64,000 bases of DNA from contig CM022670.1 in assembly GCA_012295275.1 (NCBI GenBank), forward strand, positions 21,142,001 to 21,206,000, in the 5' to 3' direction. Under the pieces are notes generated by a model. That model worked only from the letters and a program-made list of their open reading frames with translations. It did not search any database and was not told the DNA's origin. The position numbers and the translations under genes are program-made. This DNA is from Chrysomallon squamiferum. Its lineage: Eukaryota > Animalia > Mollusca. This document shows positions 27,729-42,492 of the stretch, in pieces (within the stretch, counting starts at the first letter, position 1; every line of letters starts with the position of its first letter).

Positions 27729-28471
27729 TCTGTCTGTCTGTCTGTCTGTCTATCTATTTCATATGTGTCTTAGTTTTTTTTTTCCAGTTTTTCTGGATAT
27801 CTCTCGGCATAGCTATGTCTTTCTGTGCCTGGATTTGTTTTTAATATTTAAAATTTTTTAAAAATTATGTCTCTATACATTATGTTTTTTTTTTTTTTTT
27901 CTAAATAAGAACATACGATCTTAATAACTCATTAGCGGTATATTGATCCCACAGCCATCAGAGTTTCAATCCAAAAGATCTGCCATTATCTTACCTCCGG
28001 CTTAATGTCAATAAACATATTTCATAGCCTAAGACACAAAAGTAAATCATTTTCAATTTACTTAATTCACATAAGGAAAAAAAAAAAAATAAAAAAGGAA
28101 TCGTTTCTATTATAACAAAACATCTATTCACTGTCAACTTAAACATAATTTTCTTTCAATACTTTTATTAAAGTTTAATTAATTTGTGACATTATCTTCA
28201 GCAGCAGTCGTAGTTATACAGATCTTCCCATTCAGCTTGTTGACTGTTCCAGAAGAACACGGCTTTCACTGGTAACTAATCTTTTAATATCGTTCGAAAT
28301 GGTAATTAATGAAACATTTACATACGAAGAGAAAAGGGCCAGACGTTTGACTTTTATCTTGAGAAGTGTGAACATAATGAGTTGGTTATTCTTCTTTTTG
28401 TCCTAAAAGGTTACAGAAAGATGAAAGAATATTGTGAATAAGAAATTAAACACCAGATTGATATTTTCTAG

Positions 28472-28609
<138 letters not shown>

Positions 28610-29197
28610 TTTCAGTCAAACTGTAACTATTGTTTCCTCTACTTACAATTTCGGACTGAGAGGAGGTCTTTTCTCGTTACAGATATCAAATCCCATTACA
28701 CTATATGCTGAGATGCGCCAGTTTGGCTTTTGACATCTGCCGGATTAACTCCTTTGGTCTTTCAGTCATCGCGATGTCCAGTTATTACTAATTGACATTC
28801 TCACTAACGAAGTGTATATTTTGTGGAAAATTCTATACATAAATTAAAAGAAGACGAAAAATAAAGAAACAGAATTATATATATATATATATAACAAAAC
28901 AATAGAAGTGTTGATGTAAAAATTACAAATCTCGTTAGTTTTCTATCAGAAAGACAAAATGCATAATTTTATGATTTGAACACAATTGTTTTTTTAAATA
29001 AAATATATATAATCAAAAACAAACAAAAATAAAAACACACAATACAATAGTATATTGTACATAGACTCTGCACATACACATTATTCGGGAGGACCCATTG
29101 CTAATCCAAACATGACCTCACAAAGGTCAGAAGCCGCTAATGAGAATCGAACGTAGGTTGAACAAAGATACAACTCGAATACATGTATATGTATATT

Positions 29198-29475
29198 TGT
29201 ATGTATGTATGTATGTATGTATGTATGTATGTATGTATGTATGTATGTATGTATGTATGTATGTATGTATGTTTGAATGCATGTATGTGTGTAAATATGT
29301 ATGGGTATTTAATTCTGTGTGTGTGTTAGTGTGTGTTTGTTCTATTGTCATTCTTAGTAAATATTGTTCCCTTCGAGTGTGCGTGAAAAATATGATTTTT
29401 GTATCTTGTTTATAAGCTCACGCGCTTGCGTACACACACACACGAATGTACACAAACACACACCCACACCCAGTA

Positions 29476-29548
<73 letters not shown>
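29198..29548. repeat. (TATG)n at ~29198-29272 and (CT)n at ~29478-29548
   Basis: Direct reading. Confidence 0.95.
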
Positions 29549-29553
<5 letters not shown>

Positions 29554-30210
29554 CAGACTACAGAATTGTTATTGTTTGGTTCTAAATTTGTTACATACTG
29601 ACGTCATACGATATATATTTAACGACAAGTACGTCAGTGTTCTGTAATCATATTTGTAATGAAACTTCAAACAGTTAGTTGACAAGCAGGTGCAAGCAAA
29701 GTGTCTGTTCGGTTAGTTTTCCTCGTTCCTAATGTCGAAAATAAGCTTCAGAGAATTACCTTTGTCGTGTGCTTAATAAAAGACATGACCCACACATTTC
29801 GTTTTCGCTATGTTTAATTTCGATAAATAATTTACCTTTTTATTAATTTGTTGGTTTTAAAAAAAAAAAAAAAAAAAAAATTATTCTTAGTCTGCTTGCT
29901 TCTCTTTTCCGTTTTCTTTTCTTTCTTTCTTTACAATAAATTGAAGAATCATTATTCTTAGTAATAAAGTTACTTACCCAAAATTCTGCTGTGATTTATT
30001 AATGATCTATGGGATTCGGTGATTTGCAATGTGAGAGAAGCTGCAGAATTTTCTAGAAGACAGGTTAAAACTCAGTTCATATTTTCTGGAAGCATTTCAG
30101 TGGCGTTAATTGTTATCTGCACCATAATTATCATCATCGTTATCATCATCAGTATTATTATCAACATTGTGGTCTCATTTTTAAAATCATTTTCCTCTTC
30201 TTCTTCTTCT

Positions 30211-30261
30211 TTATTATTATTATTATTATTATTATTATTGCTATTATTATTGTTATTGTTA

Positions 30262-30344
<83 letters not shown>
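30211..30344. repeat. (TTA)n microsatellite
   Basis: Direct reading; accounts for the poly-L ORF 30019-30360. Confidence 0.98.
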
Positions 30345-31038
30345 GTGTGTGTACCAGTAGGGGTCGTGCCTTTGAGTGCATGTGAGTGTGTGGGTGTTTG
30401 TATGACAGAGAAACAGGTAAATGTTCAGGTCATTACCTCTTCCGAAAAAATAAATAGCTAGAAAAATAAAAGTATTATATTTAGATATACTGCGAACAAC
30501 AGACTGCTTACATCATTTGAAAATAAGAAATCTATAAGTATGTACGTCAGTATAACTGAAACTGTTAAAAATATAATGATTTACCTGCACATACATAACT
30601 ATCTTGTAACATAGCATAAAATAAAATAAAATAATATAATATAAAAATATAATATAATATAATATAATATAATATAATATAATATAATATAATATAATAT
30701 GATGCAATGCAATGCAGTGTATATATATAGTGATAGTAGTAGTAGTAGTAGTAGTAGGCAGTAGTAGTGGTGCTGATGTATGCATGTGTATACGTGCGTG
30801 TGTGTGCACTAAAAAAACCTTTTTCTTAAACACATACGTAAATATCATAATTTATTAATTGTATTCGTTTTAGACTGAAATAGTTTTTTTTAATTATTAT
30901 TTTTTTTTCTTTTGTTTTTTTTAATTTTATTTAATTTTGTTTATTTTGTTTATTTTATTTTATTTTGTTTAGTTCGTGTTGTAAATGTAAAGCATATTCG
31001 GCATACTCAGTCACAATAATAATAATGGCAAAGAGCAA

Positions 31039-31042
<4 letters not shown>

Positions 31043-31127
<85 letters not shown>

Positions 31128-31534
31128 CACACATAGATAATCTTTTTTCTCTTTCTCCACTTATACGTCTGTTCGAAATTCCTAAATGACAAGTTTTCAA
31201 AATATGTTCCACTCTTTCTGGTCTTTCTAGAAGATCATTTTAATCGAAGCAGTAATCACTGTTTACCAAGTCAAAACACTGACTGATAAAAAAAAAATAT
31301 TAAAAAATCCACCTGTTCTTCATCATATGGTAATGTCAATACAAACTATTTTATCATAATAATTTTATATTTGTGCTCATGATAAAAACAAATAGTAAGT
31401 GTGTACGTATCAAAATAAAGAGAAAAGAAAAAAATGGATTAAAAATTGATCACGAAAGCTTCAACAGATTTTAGAAAGAATAAATAATTAATTATCAAAT
31501 ATTATTTCACATATAAATCCACAAGTGTGCGTGT

Positions 31535-31593
<59 letters not shown>
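31043..31593. repeat. (CT)n at ~31043-31122 and (GT)n at ~31525-31593
   Basis: Direct reading. Confidence 0.95.
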
Positions 31594-31595
<2 letters not shown>

Positions 31596-32440
31596 GTATA
31601 TATGTAGGGAATGACTGATTGGTTGCTGGCTTAAAATATCAGCTTTATCCTGCGAGGGTTAGAGTGGCCTGAATCAGCGAGGTTATGCTGATCTCTTCAG
31701 ACAGAAACCAGATATTTCTTTTTATAACGCAGTCCTAAATAATAAAAAAAACAGTATGAAATTAACTCAGCAAGCCTACAAAAAAAAAAAAAAAAAAAAA
31801 AAAAAAGAAATCCGAACAATATACACGCAAATAATAAGAAAGAGTTCGGGCACCGTCCAAAAATGTAGTTATTTACTTTTACTTATAGTGATTGCAGTGT
31901 GTGTGCGTGTGCGTGTGTGTATGTGTGTATATACATATATAGAGTGTTTTAACGATAATATTATGTATAATCCAGATATCATTAAACTATCATTAAATAC
32001 AACTAGTTCTTCCTTTCTTCAGACTATAGATCTCTCTCTTTTATACCTTAACCTTGTCCTTGACCTCTGACCTCGGATACTGTATGTTTATATATCAGTG
32101 TGTACGTACCCGCCTGCGTCATTCAACGTAATATCAATAGATCCTGCTCATCAAACTACTTCTCTCCACTTAGCCAAGTAGGATAAATCCATCTTCTGTC
32201 GACTACACACAACACTCTATTGACCAGTTCTTTTATCTCGAGCAAAATACATAAAGAGATCATTCCGACACTGGTTTGAAAATTTAAAAAAAACAGCAAA
32301 AAAAACCAACACAAAACAACAACAACAACAAAAAACCCCACAAAAAACAACAACAAAAAAAAAAAAAAAAAAAAAAAACAAAAAAAACAAACAAACTAAC
32401 AAACGACAACAAAAATACACAAAAACCCCACAAAAAAACA

Positions 32441-32600
32441 ACAAGAAACAAAATAGACAAAAACAAAACAGCAATAATAAAATCAAAAGAAAGAAAGAAA
32501 CAACAACAAACAACAATTACAAGAAACAAAATAGACAAAAACAAAACAGCAATAATAAAATCAAAAGAAAGAAAGAAACAACAACAAACAACAATTACAA
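32441..32600 (+). repeat. Perfect tandem duplication of a 78-bp A-rich unit
   Basis: ACAAGAAACAAAATAGACAAAAACAAAACAGCAATAATAAAATCAAAAGAAAG...CAACAATT begins at 32441 and again at 32519. Confidence 0.93.
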
Positions 32601-32948
32601 TAGCAATAACAAAAACAAAACAAATCAACAACAACAAAATAATATTGACAGGTCTGAAGTTTTGCTTGTTTTTGTCTTTATTCCTAAGTTTCGATTGCTT
32701 TTCTTCTGAAATACTTACACATACACCCACAAATATAATTTTTATTTAGATACAATACAAAAATTTATAATAAAAACACCTACACATAAGTGCATACACA
32801 CATTAATTAGTTAATACATTAAAATACACATACATTCATACAAACACACACATATATAATATATACGTGCACTCAAATACATACATATCTACCTACATAC
32901 TCACTTAAATACATATTATGTACATACAAAAGTACACACATTCAGACG

Positions 32949-33068
<120 letters not shown>

Positions 33069-33069
33069 C

Positions 33070-33565
33070 AGCATTCATACAGCACAATTCGATCGTCTAA
33101 TTCAGAAGACTATCGACATACACTAGCTGGAACTCGACTCCACGAAAGAGAAATATCGCCAGACGTGACAGTGTTACGGAATGAACGGCGCTGGCTGCAC
33201 CAATACTTTGACATCTCGCGTTGCTGCCACGCTATCCTGCTCCAGGTAAAACGTAACTGGTCGACTCAAAATGATCAATGATCGTCTCAGCCGATACTCC
33301 GAGCAAAGCGCAGACGATAAGAAGCAGAGCGCGCGCCGAGAGACGTGAGCGAGAGAGAGAGAGAGAGAGCGACAGACAGAGAGAGAGTGTTTGTGTGGTG
33401 TCCGTGAATAATAGATGACAAGTATCGCTCTCTTGGATTGATTCAGGCTTTGGAGACGTTTTGCATGTGCTGTTATAATACCACGTGCAAACTCGACGCG
33501 CGTGCATCGTCCGAATGTTATGAGCACATGCCTCTTGTCGCAGACGAGACCTCGATACAGTGAGT
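33070..33565. promoter_or_regulatory. CpG-rich island, promoter- or first-exon-like
   Basis: Among the highest local GC/CpG density in the intergenic interval (GCGCGCGCCG, CGACGCGCGTG), bracketed by GA repeats, with CACGTG at 33482 and a + strand GTGAGT donor at 33560-33565. Confidence 0.4.
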
Positions 33566-33724
33566 ACTCATTGATTATTTATATGTTTTTCTTTGATTCA
33601 GAATCTTTCGTTTCTTTTCTTTTTTCTTTTTTCTTTCTTTCTTTCTTCTTTTTTTGTTGTTGAAATAATGGATTTATTGTTAACAGAGTGATTTGTCAGC
33701 GAATAGCAGTTTAAATAAGTAATC

Positions 33725-33769
33725 CTGCTACTGCTGCTTATACTACGACTACTACTACTACTACTGATG

Positions 33770-33808
<39 letters not shown>

Positions 33809-34059
33809 GTTACTACTACTACTACTACTACTATTACTATTATTACTGCTACAACTATTACTATCACAACTACTACAATTATCACTAGTAATACTACTAC
33901 ACTACTATTATAGAAATACTATTAACATTACTACTGTTATTACTTTGCCTGTATGTATGTATATACCTACGAACGCACGAATGTGTATGTGTGTGTGTGT
34001 GTATATATATATATGTACGTATGTGTATGTGTATACATGTGTATTTGAATATTATGTAT

Positions 34060-34104
<45 letters not shown>

Positions 34105-34115
34105 TATGTATATAT
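33725..34115. repeat. (TAC)n array followed by (TA)/(TG) microsatellites
   Basis: Direct reading. Confidence 0.93.
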
Positions 34116-35094
34116 CAAATGCAAATTATTGTCTGTGTGCTTTCGTACGTATATACTTTACTGTACATAAATAGTTAATGTGTCTAGGCTTAGAACAATG
34201 TGTGTATACATGCATTCATCTGTCGTGCGATCTCATGTATTACAATATTTGCATATCAGAAAAGGACTAATTTATATATAAATAACGAAGCTCGCATTTG
34301 TTTCAAGAGTTAGAGTGTTGGGAAATAACTGGTCACCTGAATAATCTGACGTCAGCACTCACACACAGACAACGACAACGACCTTATTCTGATAACTTGC
34401 ACACTTACAGTTTAGTGTTAACGTAATGCACACACAATTACAGTGCTAACGAAACAAGAGACAGAGAGAATCGTCGAAGTACAATCAAATTAATCTAATT
34501 GTAAAGCTACGGCAGAGTAATCTCGTTATAAACGATTAACTTTTTACAGTAAATGTTTCACTCAAGTGGTTGATTTCATTAAAGGGTGTGTTTGCCTTGT
34601 GTTTGTGTCTGTCTGTATGTGTGTCTTTAGGAATGAATATTCTGTTGTTTTAATAACGTCTGATTAGACTCTTCACGTTGACAAAATTCGCAAAACGCAA
34701 TGGTACAGGATGACGAAGTTCAAACAGACCTAACAAACGTAAGATACCGCTGACGAGACTTGAACCCATTCACTCTCTTTATTTTTAACACTTTTTTCCA
34801 AGAAACTCATAAGATACCACAATCATAAGCAGAACTAGACGGGAAAAATCCTAAGAGGTAAAATAAACTTTAATTAAGATACAAATTGTTACCAATACTG
34901 AAACTAAATAAAACTTGTTAAATAACGCAGCATGCTAACTGTTACTAGGTGTGAAAAATAATTAATATTTCGGATCTGATGAGAAATGAAAACTTTTTGT
35001 CTTGTTTAGAAGTTCGTTTACGACTTTTTCATGCAATCGCTACCATGGTTCATACAGTGTTTATATATAGATGTCAACAGAGATGAGCGTGCAC

Positions 35095-35322
35095 AAATAA
35101 TTAAACAGTTCGTAAAAGCTGCACGTCATCTCTAGAGGAAGGGATAATTAATGTATTGGTTTGTTACATTACGTGTGCGATGTCAAATCGGGACAAGATT
35201 TACTGTTAACCCGTGCAGCTTGTGCTGTCTGTATTTAATGCCACTGTCACAGCAGAGTCGTACATCTGTTAATAACTTTTCTATAATCACAAACCAAATA
35301 CAAAATCCATACTTCTTAATTT
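35095..35322 (+). repeat. Inverted repeat, left arm (228 bp)
   Basis: Base-by-base reverse complement of 38889-39116 with 3 substitutions and no indels; weaker similarity continues inward to ~35450. Confidence 0.97.
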
Positions 35323-37117
35323 AACGGATAGAAAAAAAAAAAAAAATAAAATAAAATAAAATTAAAAAACATTATATTGCTAAATGTCAAATAACCGGTT
35401 TTAATTTGTTTTTGCAGTTTGTCGCCAAAGCAATATTTGCCGAGTTCAGATTTTATCGCCGCTGCGATATAACTTCGTATATACACAGGCAGACACATAA
35501 TTATTTTTTTTACTATTTCACTTTTTTTCTCTTTGACATTGGATATGATCAATCATTCAAACAATTCAAACATCGTGGTACAGCTAATTAACGTCGGACG
35601 AAAACGATATGTCGACACCGGTTTTAGTTTCTAACAGATGAACAAAATCATGTTTATTTAACTAGAGCTTCACACATTTTGATAATGAAACGAACAGTTT
35701 TTATAAAATGAAAGAATATTATCTATACGAGTCAGTCTGTGCGGTTATTCTTGTCAGTTACAAGAAAATAATCGTTTTATATGCATCTTGTTATATAATG
35801 CGGAAAACACATCCCATAGCTTTTTAATGAATTAGTAATAATTCAAAGGAAAGTTCGTTACAAATTCACCAGATCCTGTGACGCTTCACAGAACGTTCTC
35901 TCTTCTTTTTTTTTGAGTTACCAATTAACGTCACCCAAAAGGCGCCCCCTGTTTAGGATTATCTAGCCATTGTGTTTTAAGCTCGAACAGAAAAAACACA
36001 TTTTATGTGTCTAACGGTTGATAGCACAAACAGTTGATACCAGTTGTTTCTGTGCTGGAGTTAAAACACACGTAAAAGTGTTGTTTCTTGTCACGGAACG
36101 CTAGAAAGTTTAGGATATGTACAGACCATGATATCACATAAAAAGTTAATGTTTCTTCGTGTTTATATATTTATATTATTGTTGTTGTTGTTGTTCTGTT
36201 AATTGTTTTAATTTTTTAAATATATTTTTCACCCACTTGTTTTGTTTTATTTATTATTACAAACTGTTAACGCCCAGACAAAGCATTTTTAGTTTGTTTA
36301 TATTTAAGAATTCAACTTTTGCGTGCGGCGAATTAATTAAGAAAAATTAAAAAAAAAAAACGCGTCTTAGACAATTGCCTGGCTTGCCTACATACGCATG
36401 CGCGCACAGTTTGAAACTGGCGTAATTCAGTAGCAAAGCTGCAAACGCAACTGTCTTAAAATTGATCCTCCTCGTTTTTTTTTTCATTTTCAGTTTTTTT
36501 TATTTTGCTTATTTCCTTTTCGAAACATGACTCCACAGCTGGCTGGCACAGAAAAAAAAAAAAAAAAAAAAAAAGAAAAAGAAAAAAAGAAAGACAGTCT
36601 GTAAAGAAAACGCTGTAAAATTTCAAGTAAACGCTTTAGTATCATTATCGAATTTAGATGTTGCAATTATCAAACATTTGGAAGTCATTAAATTTTTATT
36701 CGACGAACAGGAAAAACTATTTTAATTTAATCTCCATTTAACTGTTTAATCGAATTTATTGACGAGAATAAAACCAGCATTAAAAGACAGAAATATAATG
36801 GAATTCCCCCAAAGCCTATTTATATACTTATATGCGGCACTTGGCTGTCAAACTGTGCATTTTAATTCCGTAATAAAATTAAAGGTTTTAAATTGGTTTT
36901 AGTTTATAGATGCATACTGATGTCACAAACTAAAATCTCTTAATATTTCTCTTTTGAATACCTTTAAAAAAAACAGCAAGGAAAACACAAGAAGAAGAAG
37001 CAGAAGAAAAAAAACCCATCCAGAAATAATAATAGAAAATATAATTTTAAAATAAGAAGAAAAAAAGAAAAAAGAAAAATAATAAACAAACGCCAAACAA
37101 CTATAACTGCAATATAA

Positions 37118-37163
<46 letters not shown>

Positions 37164-37784
37164 TATCAGCGATGGGATATTAAAGATGATGGGGAGTAAA
37201 TTCCTTCTCACGGAGTCGTTATATGTTAATATTAATATTAAAAGTGTAGAAAGTCATTAAATAAATATTAATCCATTTATTAATTTATTAAAACCTAAAA
37301 AAAATATAGATTCCTTACAAAAGAGTGAATAAATGAATGAATAAATAAATAAATAAAATAATACAAAATAAATGAATCAAAACGATAAACGTAGAAAGGC
37401 ACATTAAAAATAAACAAAATTAACCTCAAAACGTTTGATTTATTCTTCTAAAGAGTACAACGATTAAAAAAAAAAATATGAAACGACTCCTTTAGCAAAT
37501 CCAAAAGAAAGACAATATCTTTTCTTCGTTACATCATTACACACAATCTTCTTCGCTCCACATCTAGTTAGTTAGCTTAAGTGACCTTCTTCTAGCAGAA
37601 CTACTTGTACCGCTTAAGATAATTGCCAGCAATCTGGACAATAATTAGGAAAAGCCAGAGATAACACTGATCCCCAGGGAAATGGCTGGCAAAATAGGGC
37701 AGCAGAAAGCAGAGCGAATTTCACGAGCAGAGAGAGTGATGTGTCTTGATTTAAAGCACAGATGCATTTAAAATAACGGTTCGT

Positions 37785-37989
37785 GAATAATAATAACAAT
37801 CGTAATAATAATAATAATAAAAAACAACAACAACAACAATAATAATAATAATAGCAGCAATAACAACAACAATAACAACGACAAAGATAATAATAATAAT
37901 AACTACAACAACAATAACAATAACAACAAAAAAACGACGACGAAAACAACAACAACAACAACAACAATAATAATAATAACAACAACAAC

Positions 37990-38027
<38 letters not shown>
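37785..38027. repeat. Compound (AAT/AAC)n microsatellite
   Basis: Direct reading. Confidence 0.95.
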
Positions 38028-38888
38028 TAGTGTGGGTGAAGCTGCACAGAGGAGCGGGTTTCCTCTTTGTTTTAGCGATAGCGTGGGTCGTAGAAAGATA
38101 ATCGAGGCAGCTGAACGTGTTGACGTAGATCTAGGTTAGATACGCAAGGGTTAAAGATTTGAGTCAAGAATTGTGCTATTAGGTTAATATGTTTGTAGTA
38201 GTTAGCCTGTCTTGTCTTCAGATTTTCAACGATTCTCAAGACGAACGTCCTTGAACCTTCGGTGACTGCAATGAAGATTGGTTTTAACTGTACTTGTGGC
38301 TGATATGATCTGTCGTGGACACTCTACCCATGTACGTGCTTAGCCTTCAGTGACTGTAAGGATGTTTCAAATGGTTGCTTGTTTCAGATTCAGTTCGTGT
38401 GATTTGGTTTAATAGTAACAAACAGATTGCTTCCAGTCGATATAAGATCGAGTGTAAGGAGGTGTTTTGTTGCCTTATTGTGAAAACAATAGCTGTGTTT
38501 GTTTGTGTGTGTGTGTATATGTGTAGTGTGTGTGTGTGTCTACATACACATACAAACTCATACACATCATTATAATATATCTATGTATCTTCTACATATC
38601 TTATGTGTACGTGTGCACGAATGCGTATATAAATAAACAGTTTATACTTCTATTTATGTTCGTATATTATATACAATATTATATATATATATATATACGT
38701 TTATTGCGTAAATGGCAAGATCTTTGGAGACAATGGAAAAAATACACAACAAACAAACAAACAAACAAAACAAATATATTGTTTGGCTTATCATACCTAA
38801 CTCTGCAAAGGAGATAAAAACTATAAATAAAATTAATGTTGGTTATCTGACATTTAGCAGTATGATTTTTTTTTCTTTTCTTTTACGA

Positions 38889-39116
38889 AAATTAAGAAGT
38901 ATGGATTTTGTATTTGGTTTGTGATTATAGAAAAGTTATTAACAGATGTACGACACTGCTGTGACAGTGGCATTAAATACAGACAGCACAAACTGCACGG
39001 GTTAACAGTAAATCTTGTCCCGATTTGATATCGCACACGTAATGTAACAAACCAATACATTAATTATCCCTTCCTCTAGAGATGACGTGCAGCTTTTACG
39101 AACTGTTTAATTATTT
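38889..39116 (-). repeat. Inverted repeat, right arm (228 bp)
   Basis: Reverse complement of 35095-35322 (225/228); weaker similarity continues inward to ~38790. Confidence 0.97.
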
Positions 39117-41022
39117 CCCTTGTTTCCTCTGAGGTTGCCACGACGTCCTGTGTTAGGTCAGGCCGATGCTTTAATTAAAATTAATGTTCAATTTTGCCGG
39201 AGTAGAATATTTCAGAAAAAAAAAGATGAAATGAGATTTAAAAGTTATTTCAAAATGTTTGCACTATTCTTCCCTGGAGCTGATCGATATGCAAGGAAAA
39301 CGAATGTGTAACAACGTCTCAACATATTTAAAATAATATTAATGGATATTAAAATTAATGTCAAACGTCGCTTTAATAATGATATGAAAGCTAAAATTTG
39401 CCCATCGTCGATTTTATTGATTATTAGCAATGAGGATTTTTTTTTATCTTTCGTGTCTGATTTTACCGTGGACAGGAAAGCATGTTCTACAAACGTGTTA
39501 CTCTCATTGTCAAGGAATAGATATCTGGGTCAATGTCCCTTGATATGTCTATTCGATTACGTCCGCAAAATTAAATCAGCTTTGTCTTCTTACGAAAGTG
39601 TTTGCATTAGTATGTTAAGAGATTTGTTAAAGATGGTTAGTCTGTGTTCTGTTCTTCTCTTTCTCACACCAACGAAGCAGAAAGAGGACGCGGTCCTAGG
39701 ACCTACCTGTCGTAATCAGCGGCTTAACTACGTTCTCTTTAGGTTCGCAACCATTGAACATTTGATTTGATTACATTACTGATTTTGTGAGAAAGTGCAA
39801 AGCCGTCTTAGCACGGTGACCAGTTGGCTATTTGATTTCACCAATGACTCCACGCTCAATACTCTGTAGAAAGTGTCGTATTCTGCGAGCAGATATTTGT
39901 TTCCCGCCTTTAGTTAGCCTATAACCCAGCTTTAGGTTGTTGGTTTTTTTTTAAAGTTATTATTTCTTCATGATAATTTGACAAGATGGTATTTTTTTTT
40001 TTTATGTGTCAATTTGTATCGAAAAAAAAAAAGAAGTAAAAATGCCGTTCCGGAAAGTATCATCAGAGGATAAAAAAAAAATGAAGAAGAAAGAAAAAAA
40101 AAAAAAAAAAAAAAAAATGAAGAAAAAACCGAAAAGAAATTTAAAAGAAGAAGAAGAAAGAAAGAAAAACAAAATAAAGAAGAGCTATGAACAGTCTTAT
40201 GTAAAATTTGATATAGTAGATTTTATTTAACATTACGAAATATTTTTTTTTTTATCGACAGCTGTTTGTTTGTGAAGTGTTTTACGGGACTAGGTTAAGA
40301 TAGAAAGAAGCATGAAGTTGTCACGGAATACAAGGGAGTCGGGGGAAGACAGTGACAACCAGTCATTTCTGAATAATTTTATTTAATATTTTGCAGTTTT
40401 CGTCATCTTGTTCTAATTCGTTTTTTTAATGTCGTCAAAATAATATATATTTTATAATACTGTTTCTTCATCTTGGTCATCACCGTCATTACCTGTCACG
40501 TAAAGAAACTACTAGATTTCTTCAGTACGCTTTTTTTACAGGTCATTACGTCTCTAAATATCGCAGACGTATGTTTTCAAGAATAAAAAACAAAACAAAG
40601 ATATCTTAAATTAAATCTTAAAAATCGACCTTCTCATTTTGTTACGGTAACGACTGTAGATCTTTAAGATAACCGGCGCCTGTGTTAAATGCTCCGCTGA
40701 GCTCTTTAAACCAAACCATTTCTATAACTTGAACTTTCCTTTGGATTCCTTTAATGCAGTTTTAACAAACACAAAGAACGTCCTTTTTTGCACTTTCATT
40801 TTCGAAGCAGGAATTTTCATTCATTATTTCGGTGAATAACGAATAAATTATATATTCCATACTTTTTCGCTGAAGGTGCTCATTTGGAAAGACCTGTTAC
40901 GCAGTCAATAGTGGAGTAAAAAAGAAAAAGAAAAGAAAAAAAAAAAAAAAAAAAATAAGTACAGTTTAGGGTCAACACAGATTTCAGAAATAGATATTTT
41001 TATTATTTTTTAATGGATAGAT

Positions 41023-41058
<36 letters not shown>

Positions 41059-41713
41059 AAAATAACATGAAAACACATACAAAAGAAAGACATTATGATA
41101 AAAAAGAATCGATCGGTGAAATGGGTGAGGATATTGGTAATCTCTTCGCTCAGGACTGTCAGATGTTTTGCCCTAAACGTGAAACCCCCTGGCAAATTAT
41201 CGGTGAATTCCTGCAGTTGATTGAATTGTTAATTCCTGTCCATGCTGAGTGCGGCAGCCGAGGCTGTTTGAAGTGATTAACTCGTGACTGACAAAATCCA
41301 GGCTGTCCGACAAAAACACATGTACACTACAGCTTTATGTACCGACAGAAGAAAAATAATAACATTTTTAATGTAACAAGAGAAGAAATAACTAAAACGA
41401 ACTGGTAATTAGGATGAATGTGTAATAGTATCATTAATATTAGTATTAGAAGTAGTAGTAGTATTAGTAGTAGCAGCAGTAGTAGATGTAATGGTGGTGG
41501 TAATAGTAGTAATAATATAAGGAATATAATTTTAGCAGTAGTAGATATGTTGATAATAACTGTAACAGTAAAAAAAGTAGCAGACTTAATAGTAATTGCA
41601 GAGGCGGTAAAAGTAGTGGTAAGTTATAGAATCGATCATTATTCACTTTTAAAGAGAGAATGAGAAAACAGATGAACAGGAAAGGTACTGTATGTGCGTT
41701 TGTCATGTATATG

Positions 41714-41830
<117 letters not shown>

Positions 41831-42385
41831 CGTAATTAAGAGAGAGAAAGAGAGATTAAAAACAATTTATTAGAAAGAGAAAGGAATTTGCCGCATTAAT
41901 TTTATAACAGAATAATAATAATATCAATACTGTTGTACTGTCACAGATTTCTAACTAAGCTGGATTTTATATGCAAATTCAGACATTTCCCATCACTGCC
42001 AGTTCCTGATATAAACACAGATCAATAAAAACCATTATTATTGCTATTGTTATTAAAATATCGACTTAAGGATCAAAGTAAGCAAATAGCTGTGACGTTA
42101 TTCTTATTATTGTTGTTTTCTTTTCGCACGTTTGTATCAATAAGTTTTTTTTTATGTTGTTTTCATTTTGCTATTTACGTTTATTTTTTACGGTCGTTGT
42201 TTTAGGGTCTAGAACTGCGTACAAGCAGCACATAATGGATCAACATGCTCATCCGATAAATGTATCGTTACAAAAGAGAGATTTATACTCGTAAACGAAC
42301 ATACAGATAAACATATACACGAACCTGGGTATCTGCCTAATTACATACATACATACAGATACATATTCATACACACATACGTCCG

Positions 42386-42441
42386 TACATACATACATAC
42401 ATACATACATACATACATACATACATACATACATACATACA

Positions 42442-42473
<32 letters not shown>

Positions 42474-42492
42474 CATACATACATACACACAC
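42386..42492. repeat. (TACA)n microsatellite
   Basis: Direct reading. Confidence 0.98.

Noticed and set aside
35095-39116. Autonomous DNA transposon defined by the long inverted repeat
   Set aside because: No transposase-like ORF, no TSD and no superfamily-diagnostic termini; kept as an unexplained inverted repeat.
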